Assembly (NCBI GenBank): GCA_965198005.1
Contig: CBDAOI010000002.1
Coordinates: 192,001 to 256,000 of the forward strand
From: Spirochaetia bacterium
GTDB lineage: Bacteria > Spirochaetota > Spirochaetia > SZUA-6 > Bin103
DNA: 64,000 nt
Direction of reading: 5' to 3'
Shown here: positions 52,404-63,089 of the stretch, piece after piece
How the letters are laid out: every line of letters begins with the position of its first letter
Position numbering within the stretch: the first letter of the stretch is position 1
Position numbers and translations under genes: made by a program
The notes under the pieces: model-generated
The model's database searches: none
Seen by the model: the letters and a program-made list of their open reading frames with translations, nothing else
What the model was told of the DNA's origin: nothing

Positions 52404-53435
52404 TTAACGAGCGACGGGACGCCTGCGGCGCGGCGTGCGGCGGGGGTCGGAGAAGCGGCCGGCGCCGCCGCGGAGGCGGGGGTCGAGCAGGTCGCGCACA
52501 GCGTCGCCGAACATGTTGAAGCCGTACACCACAATGGTCAGGAAGATCCCCGGCCACATCGCCAGCCAGGGCGCCACCTGCATGTAGCGGCGCCCCTCGC
52601 GGCTCAGCAGGCCGCCCCAGCTCGGTACGCTCAGCGGCAACCCGAAGCCGAGGAAGCTCAGGGAAGCCTCGGTGATGATCACCGTGCCGATGGTGATGCT
52701 GAAGATGATGATGATCGGCGGCATCACGTTGGGCAGCACGTGGCGCAGCACGGTGCGCCACACCGGGCTGCCGACGGCCTGCGCGGCCTGAAAGTAGGCG
52801 TTCTCCTTGACGCCGATCACCGCACCCCGGACCACGCGCGAGCTGCCGATGCCGTACACCAGCCCCAGCACCACGATGACCTGCAGCGCACCGGTGCCCA
52901 GGATCGACATGACGGTCATCAGCAGCAGCAGTCCCGGGAACGCCATCCAGGCGTCGACGAATCTCTGCAGCACCAAGTCGAGCCGGCCGCCCACGAACCC
53001 CGACAGGCCGCCGACGGTGGTGGCCACCACCACGGCCACCGCGGTCGCCGCGAAGCCGACCAGCAGCGACAGGCGCGCGCCGTAGATGTTGCGGCTCAGG
53101 AAGTCACGCCCGGTGTGATCGGTTCCCAGCAGATGCTGGGCGGATGGGGCTTGCAGGCTCCGGGTCACGTCCTGGCGCTGCTCGGGGTCGGGCGCCAGCA
53201 GGTCGGCGAACACGCTCACCAGCACGAACAGCACGATGATCACCGCGCCGAGCAGCCCGAGCGGCTTTTCCCGCACCAGCCGGCGCGCGAACTCGGTCCA
53301 GGGGCTGCGCTGGCCCCGGCGAGATTGCCCCCGGTCCGCGCGGCGCGCACGGCTTCGGCTACGACCCCGTGCTCCTGCGGCGGCGGACTCGATCGTCGTG
53401 GTGCCGCTGCCCGTCGTTCTTGCGGGGTCCGTCAC
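52404..53435 (-). CDS. peptide/nickel ABC permease (DppC/OppC-like), operon 2
   Basis: LLGTDHTGRDFLSR, RHVLPN, GDAVRDLLDPR. Confidence 0.93.
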   Translation of the reverse strand: MTDPARTTGSGTTTIESAAAGARGRSRSRARRADRGQSRRGQRSPWTEFARRLVREKPLGLLGAVIIVLFVLVSVFADLLAPDPEQRQDVTRSLQAPSAQHLLGTDHTGRDFLSRNIYGARLSLLVGFAATAVAVVVATTVGGLSGFVGGRLDLVLQRFVDAWMAFPGLLLLMTVMSILGTGALQVIVVLGLVYGIGSSRVVRGAVIGVKENAYFQAAQAVGSPVWRTVLRHVLPNVMPPIIIIFSITIGTVIITEASLSFLGFGLPLSVPSWGGLLSREGRRYMQVAPWLAMWPGIFLTIVVYGFNMFGDAVRDLLDPRLRGGAGRFSDPRRTPRRRRPVAR

Positions 53436-54391
53436 CGGTACCGGATCCTCGGGTCGAGGTAGGCGTACAGCAGGTCGATCAGCAGGTTGTTGAACAGGAT
53501 GAAGGTGGCAAAGAACAGGTTGATGCCCGAGACCATCGGGTAGTTACGGTTCGCCAGCGACTGGACGAGCAGCGACCCCAGGCCGGGCAGGTTGAACAGC
53601 GTCTCGATGATGACCGAACCCCCCACCAGGATCGGGAGTTGCAGCCCGATGAGCGTCACCACCGGAATCAGCGCGTTCTTCAGCGCGTGGCGGACGACGA
53701 CCATTCGCTCGCGCAGGCCCTTGGCCCAGGCCGTGCGCACGTAGTCCTGGCGCAGCACCTCCAGCATCATGGTGCGCGTCATCCGCATCGTGGCGGCAGA
53801 TAGGCCGGTGCCCAGGATCAGTCCGGGTACGACAAACATGCCGATGTGGGCCAGCGGATCCTCGCTGAAGGGATACAGCCGCAGCGGCGGCACCCAGCCC
53901 CACCAGATGCCGGGAAAGATCAGCACCATCAGGCCCAGCCAGAAGTTGGGGGTGGCGAGCCCGAAGATGGCGACGCTGCGCCCGACGTAATCGCCCAGGG
54001 TGTCCTGGCGCACCGCGGAGAAGATGCCGACCGGCAGCGCGATCACCAGGCCGATGAGCAGCGCCGCCGCCCCCAGCTCCAGGGTGACGGGCACTCTGGC
54101 GAGGATCTTCGCCTCCACGGGCGCCAGGTCCCGTTGCAGGGACTGACCGAGCGTACCGCGCAACAGGATCCCCGACACCCAGCGCACGTACGCGACGTGG
54201 GTTGGGACGTTCAGCCCCAGCATCTCGCTCAGCCGCTCCCGGTCGACCCCGGTCCCGACGAACTGAGGGTCGCTCAGCAGGATGTCGATGTAGTCGCCGG
54301 GGAGCAGGCGCACCGAGAAGAACACCAGCATGCTCAGGATGAACAGCGTCGGAATGAACAGCAGCAACCGCCGGATGACGTAGGTACGCAC
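53432..54391 (-). CDS. peptide/nickel ABC permease (DppB/OppB-like), operon 2
   Basis: RTYVIRRLL, QDYVRTAWAKGL, LDPRIRY. Confidence 0.93.
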   Translation of the reverse strand: MRTYVIRRLLLFIPTLFILSMLVFFSVRLLPGDYIDILLSDPQFVGTGVDRERLSEMLGLNVPTHVAYVRWVSGILLRGTLGQSLQRDLAPVEAKILARVPVTLELGAAALLIGLVIALPVGIFSAVRQDTLGDYVGRSVAIFGLATPNFWLGLMVLIFPGIWWGWVPPLRLYPFSEDPLAHIGMFVVPGLILGTGLSAATMRMTRTMMLEVLRQDYVRTAWAKGLRERMVVVRHALKNALIPVVTLIGLQLPILVGGSVIIETLFNLPGLGSLLVQSLANRNYPMVSGINLFFATFILFNNLLIDLLYAYLDPRIRYR

Positions 54392-54450
54392 AGAATAGGA
54401 GAGCCTGGGGGCCGCACAGGCGGGCCCCAGGCCCCAAAAGCCAAAACGAG

Positions 54451-56247
54451 CTAGTTCAACTCGGCCTTGAGCTGACTATCGATCCACATGCGCGCGTACG
54501 GCCCGTTCCAGGCGCAGTTGCCGATCGCCATCTCGCCGTTGTAGCCGACGATCCACGGCTGCGCAACGTTGAACGTTGCAACCCGCGGACCATAGATGTA
54601 GGGGTGCTGCTCGATGACGTACATGTCGAGCGCCTTCGCCAGCCGTCGGTGCTCCTCTGCGTCACCAATTGGCACAGCCTGTAACTCCTCCCACCTGGCC
54701 TCGAACACCGAATCGCTGAAGGCGCCGGGCCTGTAGTTGCTGGCGGCGCTAAACGTGCCGAGAGTCTGGTTGAGGGCCACGAAGTCGCTGCCGACGGTCC
54801 AGAAGTCGACGAATCCGTCGAAATCTAACGACTGGCGCCGTCCAGCATACGTGGCGTTGTCCGGCGTTTCGATGTCGGCCTGCACGCCGATCTCCTTCCA
54901 GTAGCCGGCGACCAGCTCCATGTAGCCCACGTCGCCCCGGTCGCCGTTGGTCATGATCGAGGTCTCGAAGCGGACGCCGTCCGCGCCGCGTGGGTATCCG
55001 GCCTCGTCGAGGAGTCGCTCGGCACCCGCCGGGTTGTAGGACCAGAACTTCTTGAGCTCCTCGGGCCAAGTATCGAAGGGGTTGTTGTAGCCGGTCACCG
55101 CCGGCCCGATGACCCCCGTCGGCTGCCAATCGCCGAAGCCCAAGAAATAGTTGTCCCTGACGGTCTTTAGGTCGAGCGCCATCTGCAGCGCGTGGCGCAC
55201 CCTGATGTCGTTAAGGGGAGGTTTATCCATTCTCATCGCCAACGACGTCTCGGATTTGATCGCGATCGGGAAGAGCTGTATGCCCGGAACATCTTTCTTG
55301 AGCTGCACCGCGTTGGCGATCGACTTGATCCGCGAGACGCCCGTCTCCCCGGTGATATCGATCTGGCCCGACCGCAGTGCCGCAATCCTGGTCGCCTCGT
55401 CGCTCATCATCAGCATCACGAGCTTGTCGGCGTAGGGCAGGCGGTTCCCCGGGAACTTCTCGTCGTCCTTCCAGTAGTTGGGGTTCCTGTCGAACGTTAC
55501 CGAAGTGCCGCTGACGTAGTCGTTCACGATGAAGGGCCCGGTGCCGATCAGGTTGTTGACGTTGCCGAGCCTGTCGAAGATCTCGGGTGGGTATGCCCGG
55601 ATGTGGCAGTCGTCGAACAGCTGTCGATACGTGTCCGCGTGCGGCTGCGAAAGCTTGATCTCGAACGTCAGCTCGTCGGTAGCCGTTACCGACTCGATGG
55701 GGATCGACTTGGTTCCCCAGGTGTGCGGCGCGGGCTCCTGTCCGGCAAACCTGCCGATGCCAAACAGGCGCTCGTAGTTGGCGGCCATGTCGTCGGCGGT
55801 CAGCTGGCGACCGTTCACCGGCGGCTTGTCGTGAAAGAAGACGTTGTCGCGGATCTTGTAGATGTAGGTCAACGGATCCGGGTTCTCCCAGCTCTCGGCC
55901 AGGTGGCCGGTCACGACGCTCGGGGGATAGTAGGTCACCAACTTGTTGACGCTGCGGTCGACTGCCCAGTCGGCCTGGCCCAACTTGTCCAGCGCCGGTC
56001 CCCCGAACAACCCGCCGGCGTGGCTGACCCACGTGTCGGCGTGGTCAAACGGAAGGGTTAGCAGCGCAGCGGTAATGGTCCCGCCGTACGCCGGCTTCAG
56101 CACCTGCTTGCCGGTGGACGGATCGGTCACGTACTCCTTCTCGGCGGCCATCGCCGCCTCGTCGTCTTCGCCGGCGGGGCCGGCGAACGTAACGGTAGCC
56201 ACCAGCGCGAACGCCAGTGCCATGAACAAAAGAAATCGAAGAGCCAT
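54451..56247 (-). CDS. family 5 ABC substrate-binding protein, operon 2
   Basis: AAGGAGGAG SD, signal peptide, PAYGGT, LAESWE, GTGPF. Confidence 0.93.
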   Translation of the reverse strand: MALRFLLFMALAFALVATVTFAGPAGEDDEAAMAAEKEYVTDPSTGKQVLKPAYGGTITAALLTLPFDHADTWVSHAGGLFGGPALDKLGQADWAVDRSVNKLVTYYPPSVVTGHLAESWENPDPLTYIYKIRDNVFFHDKPPVNGRQLTADDMAANYERLFGIGRFAGQEPAPHTWGTKSIPIESVTATDELTFEIKLSQPHADTYRQLFDDCHIRAYPPEIFDRLGNVNNLIGTGPFIVNDYVSGTSVTFDRNPNYWKDDEKFPGNRLPYADKLVMLMMSDEATRIAALRSGQIDITGETGVSRIKSIANAVQLKKDVPGIQLFPIAIKSETSLAMRMDKPPLNDIRVRHALQMALDLKTVRDNYFLGFGDWQPTGVIGPAVTGYNNPFDTWPEELKKFWSYNPAGAERLLDEAGYPRGADGVRFETSIMTNGDRGDVGYMELVAGYWKEIGVQADIETPDNATYAGRRQSLDFDGFVDFWTVGSDFVALNQTLGTFSAASNYRPGAFSDSVFEARWEELQAVPIGDAEEHRRLAKALDMYVIEQHPYIYGPRVATFNVAQPWIVGYNGEMAIGNCAWNGPYARMWIDSQLKAELN

Positions 56248-56475
56248 AGTGCTCCTCCTTGTTTCGGGATCGCGGGTCTGCGACCCGTTGCCCGGGTTTT
56301 TTGTTTTCGCCGGTAACACCGGCTTTCTTGCATGATGGTGGTGGTGTCGCTCCACGGCGTGCGGCGGACGGCGCCGAGCCACCGCGCTGTCGGCGTGGGC
56401 GGCGGCGAAGGAATCGAGGACGCGGCCAAGTGCGCCGTCAGGGCTTTCTAGTAGGCTATGCTGCTGTGTGAACTT

Positions 56476-56715
56476 GGGGGGGGGGGGGGGGGGGGGCGAC
56501 TCCTCACCATTAAGCAAGCGCGCCGCGAGCTGATTTTCAGCAATTCTCGGCGAGCGGCTGTCAGGGGAACAGAGCGTCATAAGCGTTGACGTGTTATAAG
56601 TCACTCAAGCCCTCCGCAGGTGAGGCACAGCCATACCCAGATGTAGCGGCGATTGACTGCATCCACCCCATAATAACCTCCACTCCCGTGAACGTCAACC
56701 ACGAATCGGCCCAGC
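56476..56715 (-). promoter_or_regulatory. conserved promoter/leader module with G21 tract, copy 2
   Basis: TTGACG-17-TATTAT; closely similar to 41401-41640. Confidence 0.75.
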
Positions 56716-56923
56716 CGGCCCAACTGCCGAGGTCCTCTCGAGGCGGCGCCGACGCTTGGCCGAGCACCGCACGCAGAGCGGCCTCGAGATCGTCGACCAT
56801 GGCGAATTCCCGCTCGATCGGGCGAATCACCTCCGCGCGCATCCACAGACCGCGGGTGGCACACAGCAGCTTGAAGCGGCGATGCAGGGGGTCGGGGAGA
56901 GCGCGTACGGAGAGGGTTGCCAT
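56716..56923 (-). pseudogene. FitA/Arc-like ribbon-helix-helix antitoxin fragment running into the leader module
   Basis: MATLSVRALPDPLHRRFKLLCATRGLWMRAEVIR. Confidence 0.55.
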
Positions 56924-57079
56924 CAGAGCGATACCAACATGGCTAACGTAGCGAACGCAATGAGCCGAATGAGCCGCCCAGGCCGCCAGCAGGGGCGAAT
57001 GGCCGCTCCGAGGGCCAGCTTTCGGCGTGACTCGCAGGAAACCGACCAACGACCCCTGGCGAGAACTCCCCAGTCACCC

Positions 57080-57868
57080 GGCGTCGATTCTGGCAATTGG
57101 CGCCTCGGCGCCGCCAACCGCCTGTTCCGCCTGCCCGCCGGATTCTATGGCCTGACCACCATCCTGCTGTTCGTCGCCTGCATGACCCTGGCCCGAGTAC
57201 GCACCCCCGAGAGCCTGCGCTACCAGGCGCCTGGCGAGTGGGGTGCGATCCTCGGCCTCGACCGCGGCCCCGAGACCAAGACCCTCCGCCGCAAGCTCAA
57301 GCTGCTCACCAGCGCCGAGCACACCGTGCGCGATTGGCAATCGGCACTGGCTCGTACCTGGGCCACCGAGCACCAGGACGACTGGGCGACGCTGGCCGTC
57401 GACGGCCACGTGAAGGTGAAGGTATACGCCGGGCGCAACGGTCGGCTGCCGAAACACTTCGTCGCGCGCCAGAAACTGTGTTTGCCGGCGTCCGTGAGCT
57501 ACTGGATCAACGCCCTCGGTGGCACGCCCCTGCTGTGCCTGCACCAGGCGCTCGAACAGGACGTGGCGCCGCACCTGCTGCAACTGGGGGTGGTGCCGGA
57601 AGCCGGCGCGCCGGCGCTCACCCTGGTGTTCGACCGCGCGGGCTGGAGCCCGGACCTGTTCAAGCGGCTGGCCCGGCGCGGCATCGCCTGCATCACCTGG
57701 CACAAGAACTTCAAGGGCGAGGACTGGCCGGAGGAGGACTTCCACCCGCTTGAGGTACCGATCCATGGGCCCGCTGGAACCAGTGCCACCACCGTTGACC
57801 TCGCCGAGCAACCGATGGTACTGCGCAACGGGCTCACCGTCCGCCAGATCCGGCGCCGGCTCGCCGGT
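57080..57868 (+). pseudogene. DDE transposase fragment
   Basis: PGEWGAILGLDRGPETKTLRRKL, AVDGHVK, LVFDRAGWSPDLF. Confidence 0.75.
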
Positions 57869-57933
57869 GGGATGTGGTAGTGATCCGCAGCCACTACGGG
57901 CCCCTCCGTGTTGAACGTGCGCACGGTCACCAT
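57866..57933 (-). pseudogene. N-terminal sliver of an AAA ATPase
   Basis: RTFNTEGPVVAADHYHIPP. Confidence 0.6.
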
Positions 57934-57969
57934 AGGCGCATTGTCGCGGCAGTTGCCAAAACCGTGCGC

Positions 57970-58632
57970 TTACGTACAAGCACACCGGCTGCGCACCGCG
58001 GCCAGGTTGAGCACCTGCATCGCCTCGTCTCCCATCGCCAGGGCATAGATCCCACGCCGGGTCAGATACGTCACGATATTCTCCGGAATACTCAGTGACG
58101 AGAACGCCGGCACGATCGGCAGCTCCGCGTACTGCGGAAAGTAGAGCGCGAACTGGTTGCTGCGCAGGAACTCCTCGAACTCGCGCACAACATCAATGCG
58201 GGGTGAGGACTTGGTCTGGTTGAGCAGCGCCGCCCGGGTGCCCACGTAGAGCGCGTCGAACTCGCGCTCACGGGAGGGGTCATCGCTGCGCTTGAGGGTT
58301 ACGCGGGTGCCGACGTACTGCATGTCGCCACAGTTGAACACCTCATGAGCCAGGCGGCGGACACTTGGTGCAACGATGTCCTCGACGACGGTACCCATCT
58401 TGTTGGCCAGCTCGCCCCAGCGCTTGTTCATGGCCCGCCGCTCGTGGGCTGCCGCCTCCCGCTCGCGGGCGCCCTCCTGCTCCATGCGTTCGATGATGCG
58501 CTCAAGGCGCGCGATCGAGCTGTCGGTCCGCGCCATCGAGAGATTGGTCTGCGCCATGAAGCTGGCGAGGATGGTCTCCAGACGGTCGAGTCTCTCCTCG
58601 ACGACCTGCGTTCGTTGGGCGAGCGTAGCCAC
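57970..58632 (-). CDS. coiled-coil + PD-(D/E)XK-like hypothetical protein
   Basis: NKRWGELANKMGTVVEDIVAP, REFDAL, NQTKS; GAAGGAG SD. Confidence 0.75.
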   Translation of the reverse strand: MATLAQRTQVVEERLDRLETILASFMAQTNLSMARTDSSIARLERIIERMEQEGAREREAAAHERRAMNKRWGELANKMGTVVEDIVAPSVRRLAHEVFNCGDMQYVGTRVTLKRSDDPSREREFDALYVGTRAALLNQTKSSPRIDVVREFEEFLRSNQFALYFPQYAELPIVPAFSSLSIPENIVTYLTRRGIYALAMGDEAMQVLNLAAVRSRCACT

Positions 58633-58736
58633 GGTGCTCCTTCCCCTTGCGTACCGGACGATAGCGCCGATGCCGCCGGATTGGAACTGGACTCCCGCCG
58701 CGCCCGCCGCGCAGGAACGGCAACCGCAGGAACACT

Positions 58737-59180
58737 CGGGGCGCCCTGTAGTCTATCGATGACGTGCGGCTCGGCGTGCGGGTAGGGGGCGATGAGGTCG
58801 GAGAAGATCGCCACCACGACCAGGATCACGATGACGGCGGCGCTCGCGGCTCCCAGCGGTTTGGTCTTGACCAGCCTCCGTAGGAAATCGGCAACGCCGG
58901 TGCGCCGTCCGCCCATATCGGTAGCGGATCCTCGGGTCCAGCAGGGCGTAGACCACGTCGATGAACAGGTTGTTCAACAGGACCCCCGTCCCGAACAGCA
59001 GATTCACGCCCGATACCACCGTATAGTCACGATCCTGCAGGGCGAGCAGCATCAGCCGGCCGAGCCCGGGCAGGTTGAAGATGTTCTCCATGATAACCGC
59101 GCCACCGACCAGAATCGGCAGCTGCAGACCGACCAACGTAACGACGGGGATCAGCGCGTTCTTGAGGGCGTGCCTCACTA
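58737..59180 (-). pseudogene. DppB 3' fragment joined to DppC 5' fragment
   Basis: RHALKNALIP...LDPRIRY then KPLGAASAAVIVILVVVAIFSDLIAPY...DRLQGAPS. Confidence 0.85.
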
Positions 59181-59408
59181 CCAAGCCAGTTTCGGCGTCG
59201 CTCCCTCCGGACGCGCCCCAAGCTGTCCTCAGGACAGCCGCACGCTTGCCATCCTTGGCGCGGTGCGCCTGTCGTGGACGCGCGGGGGACCGCGTCAAAT
59301 GCGCGGCGGATTGCGGCGGACGGCCCACGAACGGACCGCCATGGCGCACTGTGACTACGTCGGCCCCTTGATGCTCTTGTCGTGTGGGACTATGTTCAAT
59401 AATGTGTG

Positions 59409-59699
59409 ATGCGGCTGCGCTTCTACGCTGATCCGGAGACGGGCTACCCTCATATCCACAACCATGACGTCGCCGAGCATGAAGTAGAGCAGGTTTTGGC
59501 GTCTCCCGGTGAGGATCGGCCCGGACGGGAGGGCTCGCGTATCGCTATCGGACAAACCGATGAAGGACGCTACGTCCGAGTAATATATGTCCCTGGAGCT
59601 ACAAGAGATCCTCTCTTCGTAGTAACAGCTTACGAACTGCGAGGAAAACCGCTTATCGCGTATCGGCGACGGACGAAAAGCAGAAGGAGAAGGAAATGA
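59409..59699 (+). CDS. DUF4258/BrnT-like toxin candidate
   Basis: PHIHNHDVAEHEVEQVL, IAIGQTDEGRYVRVIY, FVVTAY. Confidence 0.75.
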   Translation: MRLRFYADPETGYPHIHNHDVAEHEVEQVLASPGEDRPGREGSRIAIGQTDEGRYVRVIYVPGATRDPLFVVTAYELRGKPLIAYRRRTKSRRRRK

Positions 59700-59896
59700 A
59701 AGAAGATTTCGGCTTCCCCCGCGGATGGGACGAGGCGCGCGTGCAACGACTGATAGAGCGCTATGAATCCCAAACCGAGGAACAGGCGGTGGCGGAGGAT
59801 GAGGAAGCCTTGGTAGACGACACGCAAACGATGATGGAAATTCCGAACGAGCTTGTTGCGGAGGTCCGTGAGCTATTGTCCAGGCATGCAGGGTGA
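59696..59896 (+). CDS. cognate antitoxin candidate
   Basis: FPRGWDEARVQRLIERYESQTEEQAVAEDE; ATGA overlap. Confidence 0.7.
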   Translation: MKEDFGFPRGWDEARVQRLIERYESQTEEQAVAEDEEALVDDTQTMMEIPNELVAEVRELLSRHAG

Positions 59897-59919
59897 CCCG
59901 CGTCCGCGGGTGAACCGCG

Positions 59920-60693
59920 TCAAGGAGCGTCAGCGCCCGTAAGCGCCCGCCGGCCCTGCAGCAGCGCCAGCACCTCGCGGTTGCCGCGCCGGCCGCGCAG
60001 CGGCGACGGGGTGGACCGCACCAGCGTCACCCCCTCGGCCGCCAAGTCGGCGGCGAGGCGGGCCACGATCGCGGCGACCGCAGCCTCACCCACTACCCGG
60101 CCGTCGAACCCGGGCGGCGGCGGCCGGGAAGCGGCGGCCAGCTCGAACTGCGGCTTGATCAGCGCGATCAACCACCGCTCCCGGGTGAGTGCCAGCAGCC
60201 GCGCCGCCGCCCCGCGCAGCGACCGGAACGACAGGTCGCAGACCGCCCCGTCCGGCGGCGGGCACAGATCCGCCGGCCGCAGCTCCATCACGTTGGTGCG
60301 TTCGTGCACCGTGGTGCGCGGGTCCTGCCGCAGGCGGTGGGCGAGCGCGCCGGCGGCCACGTCCACGCAGTGCACGTGGCGCGCGCCGTGCCGCAGGAGG
60401 CAGTCGGTAAAGCCGCCGGTGGCCGCCCCGCCGTCCAGGATGACGCGCCCCGCGACCGGCACCTGGAACTCGCGCAACGCGTGGCGCAGCTTGTACCCGG
60501 CGCGCGAAGCGAGCGGCGGTTCCGGCCGCAGCGTGACCGCCGCGGCAGCTCCGATCCGGCGGCCGGGCGCCCGGACCCGTTCACCATCGACCATCACCTC
60601 GCCGCACATGATCGCCGCGTACCAGTGCTCGCGCGCGCGCTCGGGGCCCAGCTCACACAGCCGGTCGAGCAGCGTCAGGGGCCGACGGGTCAC
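59920..60693 (-). CDS. tlyA: TlyA family rRNA methyltransferase
   Basis: S4 domain, SRAGYKL, DGGAATGGFTD, DLSFRSL, LIKPQFE. Confidence 0.92.
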   Translation of the reverse strand: MTRRPLTLLDRLCELGPERAREHWYAAIMCGEVMVDGERVRAPGRRIGAAAAVTLRPEPPLASRAGYKLRHALREFQVPVAGRVILDGGAATGGFTDCLLRHGARHVHCVDVAAGALAHRLRQDPRTTVHERTNVMELRPADLCPPPDGAVCDLSFRSLRGAAARLLALTRERWLIALIKPQFELAAASRPPPPGFDGRVVGEAAVAAIVARLAADLAAEGVTLVRSTPSPLRGRRGNREVLALLQGRRALTGADAP

Positions 60694-61499
60694 AGTTCCG
60701 AGCGTTCGCGAATCCGTTCCAGCGAGAGGCCGCGGCCGGTGGCCGGATCGACGGTCAGCAGCGCGCCGCAGATATCGGCCGGCCCTTCCGCCACTTCCAT
60801 CTTCAGCGGCATCTGGGTCAAGGCCCGGCGAATCACGATTCCCGTCTTCATCCCGATGATGCTGTCGCGGGGGCCGGTCATGCCGAGGTCGGTCAGGTAC
60901 GCGGTGCCCTTGGGCAGGATGCGCTCATCCGCCGTCTGCACGTGGGTGTGGGTTCCGACCACGGCCGCGACGGTACCGTCCAGGTGCAGCGCCAGCGCCT
61001 CCTTCTCCGACGGGCTCTCGGCGTGCAGGTCGACCACGATCACCGGCGTCAGCTTGCGCAACCGGGCAACTTCCGCGGTCGCCACCCGGAACGGGCAGCG
61101 CAGGTCGCTCATGCCGACCCGCCCTTCGAGATTCAGCACCCCGACTTTCACCGTACCCACGTCGACCACACACGTCCCCTTTCCCGGTACCGAGGACGGG
61201 TAGTTGTGCGGCCGCAGCAGCCGATCGTCACTCTCCAGCCGCGGCCAGATCTCCCGCTGCTGCCAGATGTGGTTGCCGCTGGTCATCACGTCGACGCCGT
61301 AGCCGGCCAGCTCATCCGCCTGAGCGACGGTCAGGCCGAATCCGGCCGCGGCGTTCTCGACGTTGGCGATCACCAAGCTGCTGCGCAGCCGTTTCCTGAG
61401 CTGAGCCAAGTGCAAAAACAGGGCGCGCATCCCGGACGGGCCCACCACGTCGCCCAGCAGCAGAATGCGCAGCGCTTCCGAAGCAGCCACCGGCGCCAC
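60690..61499 (-). CDS. ymdB: YmdB/TIGR00282 metallophosphoesterase
   Basis: GDVVG, NVENAAAG, TSGNH, DLHAE, GTHTHVQTAD. Confidence 0.93.
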   Translation of the reverse strand: MAPVAASEALRILLLGDVVGPSGMRALFLHLAQLRKRLRSSLVIANVENAAAGFGLTVAQADELAGYGVDVMTSGNHIWQQREIWPRLESDDRLLRPHNYPSSVPGKGTCVVDVGTVKVGVLNLEGRVGMSDLRCPFRVATAEVARLRKLTPVIVVDLHAESPSEKEALALHLDGTVAAVVGTHTHVQTADERILPKGTAYLTDLGMTGPRDSIIGMKTGIVIRRALTQMPLKMEVAEGPADICGALLTVDPATGRGLSLERIRERSEL

Positions 61500-63032
61500 T
61501 CAGCGCGTGTATTCGACCACGCGCGTTTCGCGGATTACGGTGACCTTGATGCGGCCGGGAAAGTGCATCTCCGCCTCGATCTGCTTGGCGATCTGCCGGC
61601 CGAGCTCGCGCGCCCCATCGTCCGACACGGTGTCGTTGCTCACCATCACCCGCAACTCGCGCCCAGCCTGGATGGCGTAGGTGCGGGCGACGCCGGGATA
61701 TGAGCCGGCTATGCGCTCCAGGTTCTCCAGCCGCTTCAGGTAGTGGTCCACGGACTCGCGCCGCGCTCCCGGCCGGGACGCCGAGATGGTGTCCGCGATC
61801 TGCACGATGATCGCCTCCACCCCCATCGGTTCCACGTCGTAGTGGTGGGCGCCGATCGCGTTGCAGACGACGTCGTGCTCGCCGCAGCGTTGCGCAAGCT
61901 GCATGCCGGTAACGGCGTGGCCGAGATCCTCGTCGGTCTCGATCGCCTTGCCGATGTCGTGCAGCAGCGACGCGCGCTTGCTGAATTCGACGTTGCTGCC
62001 GGTTTCGGCGGCGATGATCGCCCCCAGCAGCGCGGTTTCCCTGGCGTGGGCGAGCTGATTCTGGCCGTAGCTGGTGCGATACTTCAAACGCCCCAGGGTA
62101 CGCACCAGATCGCGGTGCAGATTGGGAATCTCCAGCTCGAACAGAACCCGCTCGGCGTCCTCCTCGAGCGACTTGTCCAGGTCGCGATGCACCTTGCGCA
62201 CCATCTCCTCGATCCGCGCCGGATGGATGCGGCCATCCGATACCAGCCGTTCCAGGGCGATGCGGGCCGTCTCCTTGCGCAACGGATCGAAGCACGACAG
62301 CACCACCGCCTCCGGCGTGTCGTCGATGATGATGTCGACCCCGGTGAGGTTCTCAAGCGCGCGTATGTTGCGACCCTCGCGGCCGATGATCCGCCCCTTC
62401 ATCTCGTCGTTCGGCAGACTCACCGACGCCACGCTCACCTCGGAGGTGGTCTCCGAGGCAAGCCGCTGCATGGCGTTGACCACCATCGACCGCGCCTTGC
62501 GTTCGGCCGTCTGGCGCGCTTCCGTCTCGATATTGTTGATCAGGGCCTGGGCGTCGTGTCGTGCCTCTTGCTCGATACTGCTGATCAGAAGCTTCTTCGC
62601 CTCTTCAGTGGTAAGCTGTGATACCCGCTCCAACTCCTTCAGCCACTGCTCGCCCGCGTGCTCGATCTCTGCTTCACGCTCGCGGAGCTTCCGCTCCCGG
62701 GCCATGTACGACTTCTCTTGGCGATCTACCGCCTCCAGCCGCTTTTCTAGGTTCTCTTCCCTCTGGAGCTGCCGCTGCTCGAGGCGCTGAATCTCGCTTC
62801 TCCGCGCCCGCGTTTCCTGCTCCAACTGACTACGCTCATGCAACAGCCTGTCTTGTGTCTCTAAGAGTGCTTCGCGCTTCCTGGCCTCTGCCTCTTGTGT
62901 CGCATCTTTGACTATCCGGTGCGCCTTCTGCTCGGAAGACGCCAGCTCAAGCCTGGCATACAGCCAGCGCACGAGCCAACCTAGTGCAATTCCAGCGGCG
63001 AGAGGAATGATGATCCACAGCACGTGCTGCAT
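61500..63032 (-). CDS. rny: ribonuclease Y
   Basis: TM, coiled coil, KH (KGRIIGREGRNIR), HD (LLHDIGK). Confidence 0.98.
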   Translation of the reverse strand: MQHVLWIIIPLAAGIALGWLVRWLYARLELASSEQKAHRIVKDATQEAEARKREALLETQDRLLHERSQLEQETRARRSEIQRLEQRQLQREENLEKRLEAVDRQEKSYMARERKLREREAEIEHAGEQWLKELERVSQLTTEEAKKLLISSIEQEARHDAQALINNIETEARQTAERKARSMVVNAMQRLASETTSEVSVASVSLPNDEMKGRIIGREGRNIRALENLTGVDIIIDDTPEAVVLSCFDPLRKETARIALERLVSDGRIHPARIEEMVRKVHRDLDKSLEEDAERVLFELEIPNLHRDLVRTLGRLKYRTSYGQNQLAHARETALLGAIIAAETGSNVEFSKRASLLHDIGKAIETDEDLGHAVTGMQLAQRCGEHDVVCNAIGAHHYDVEPMGVEAIIVQIADTISASRPGARRESVDHYLKRLENLERIAGSYPGVARTYAIQAGRELRVMVSNDTVSDDGARELGRQIAKQIEAEMHFPGRIKVTVIRETRVVEYTR

Positions 63033-63089
63033 CTCCTTCCTCCACCCAACAACCGTATTTCAGCAGGGTACCGGCGCGGCGCCTGGTTG

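Noticed and set aside
56250-56335. Known riboswitch in the hairpins just upstream of SBP2
   Set aside because: Small hairpins are present, but I could not match a known aptamer consensus; needs an Rfam search.
56594-56662. Conserved leaderless peptide MQSIA... in the promoter module
   Set aside because: A 13-nt indel changes the frame between the two copies, so the peptide is not conserved beyond five residues.
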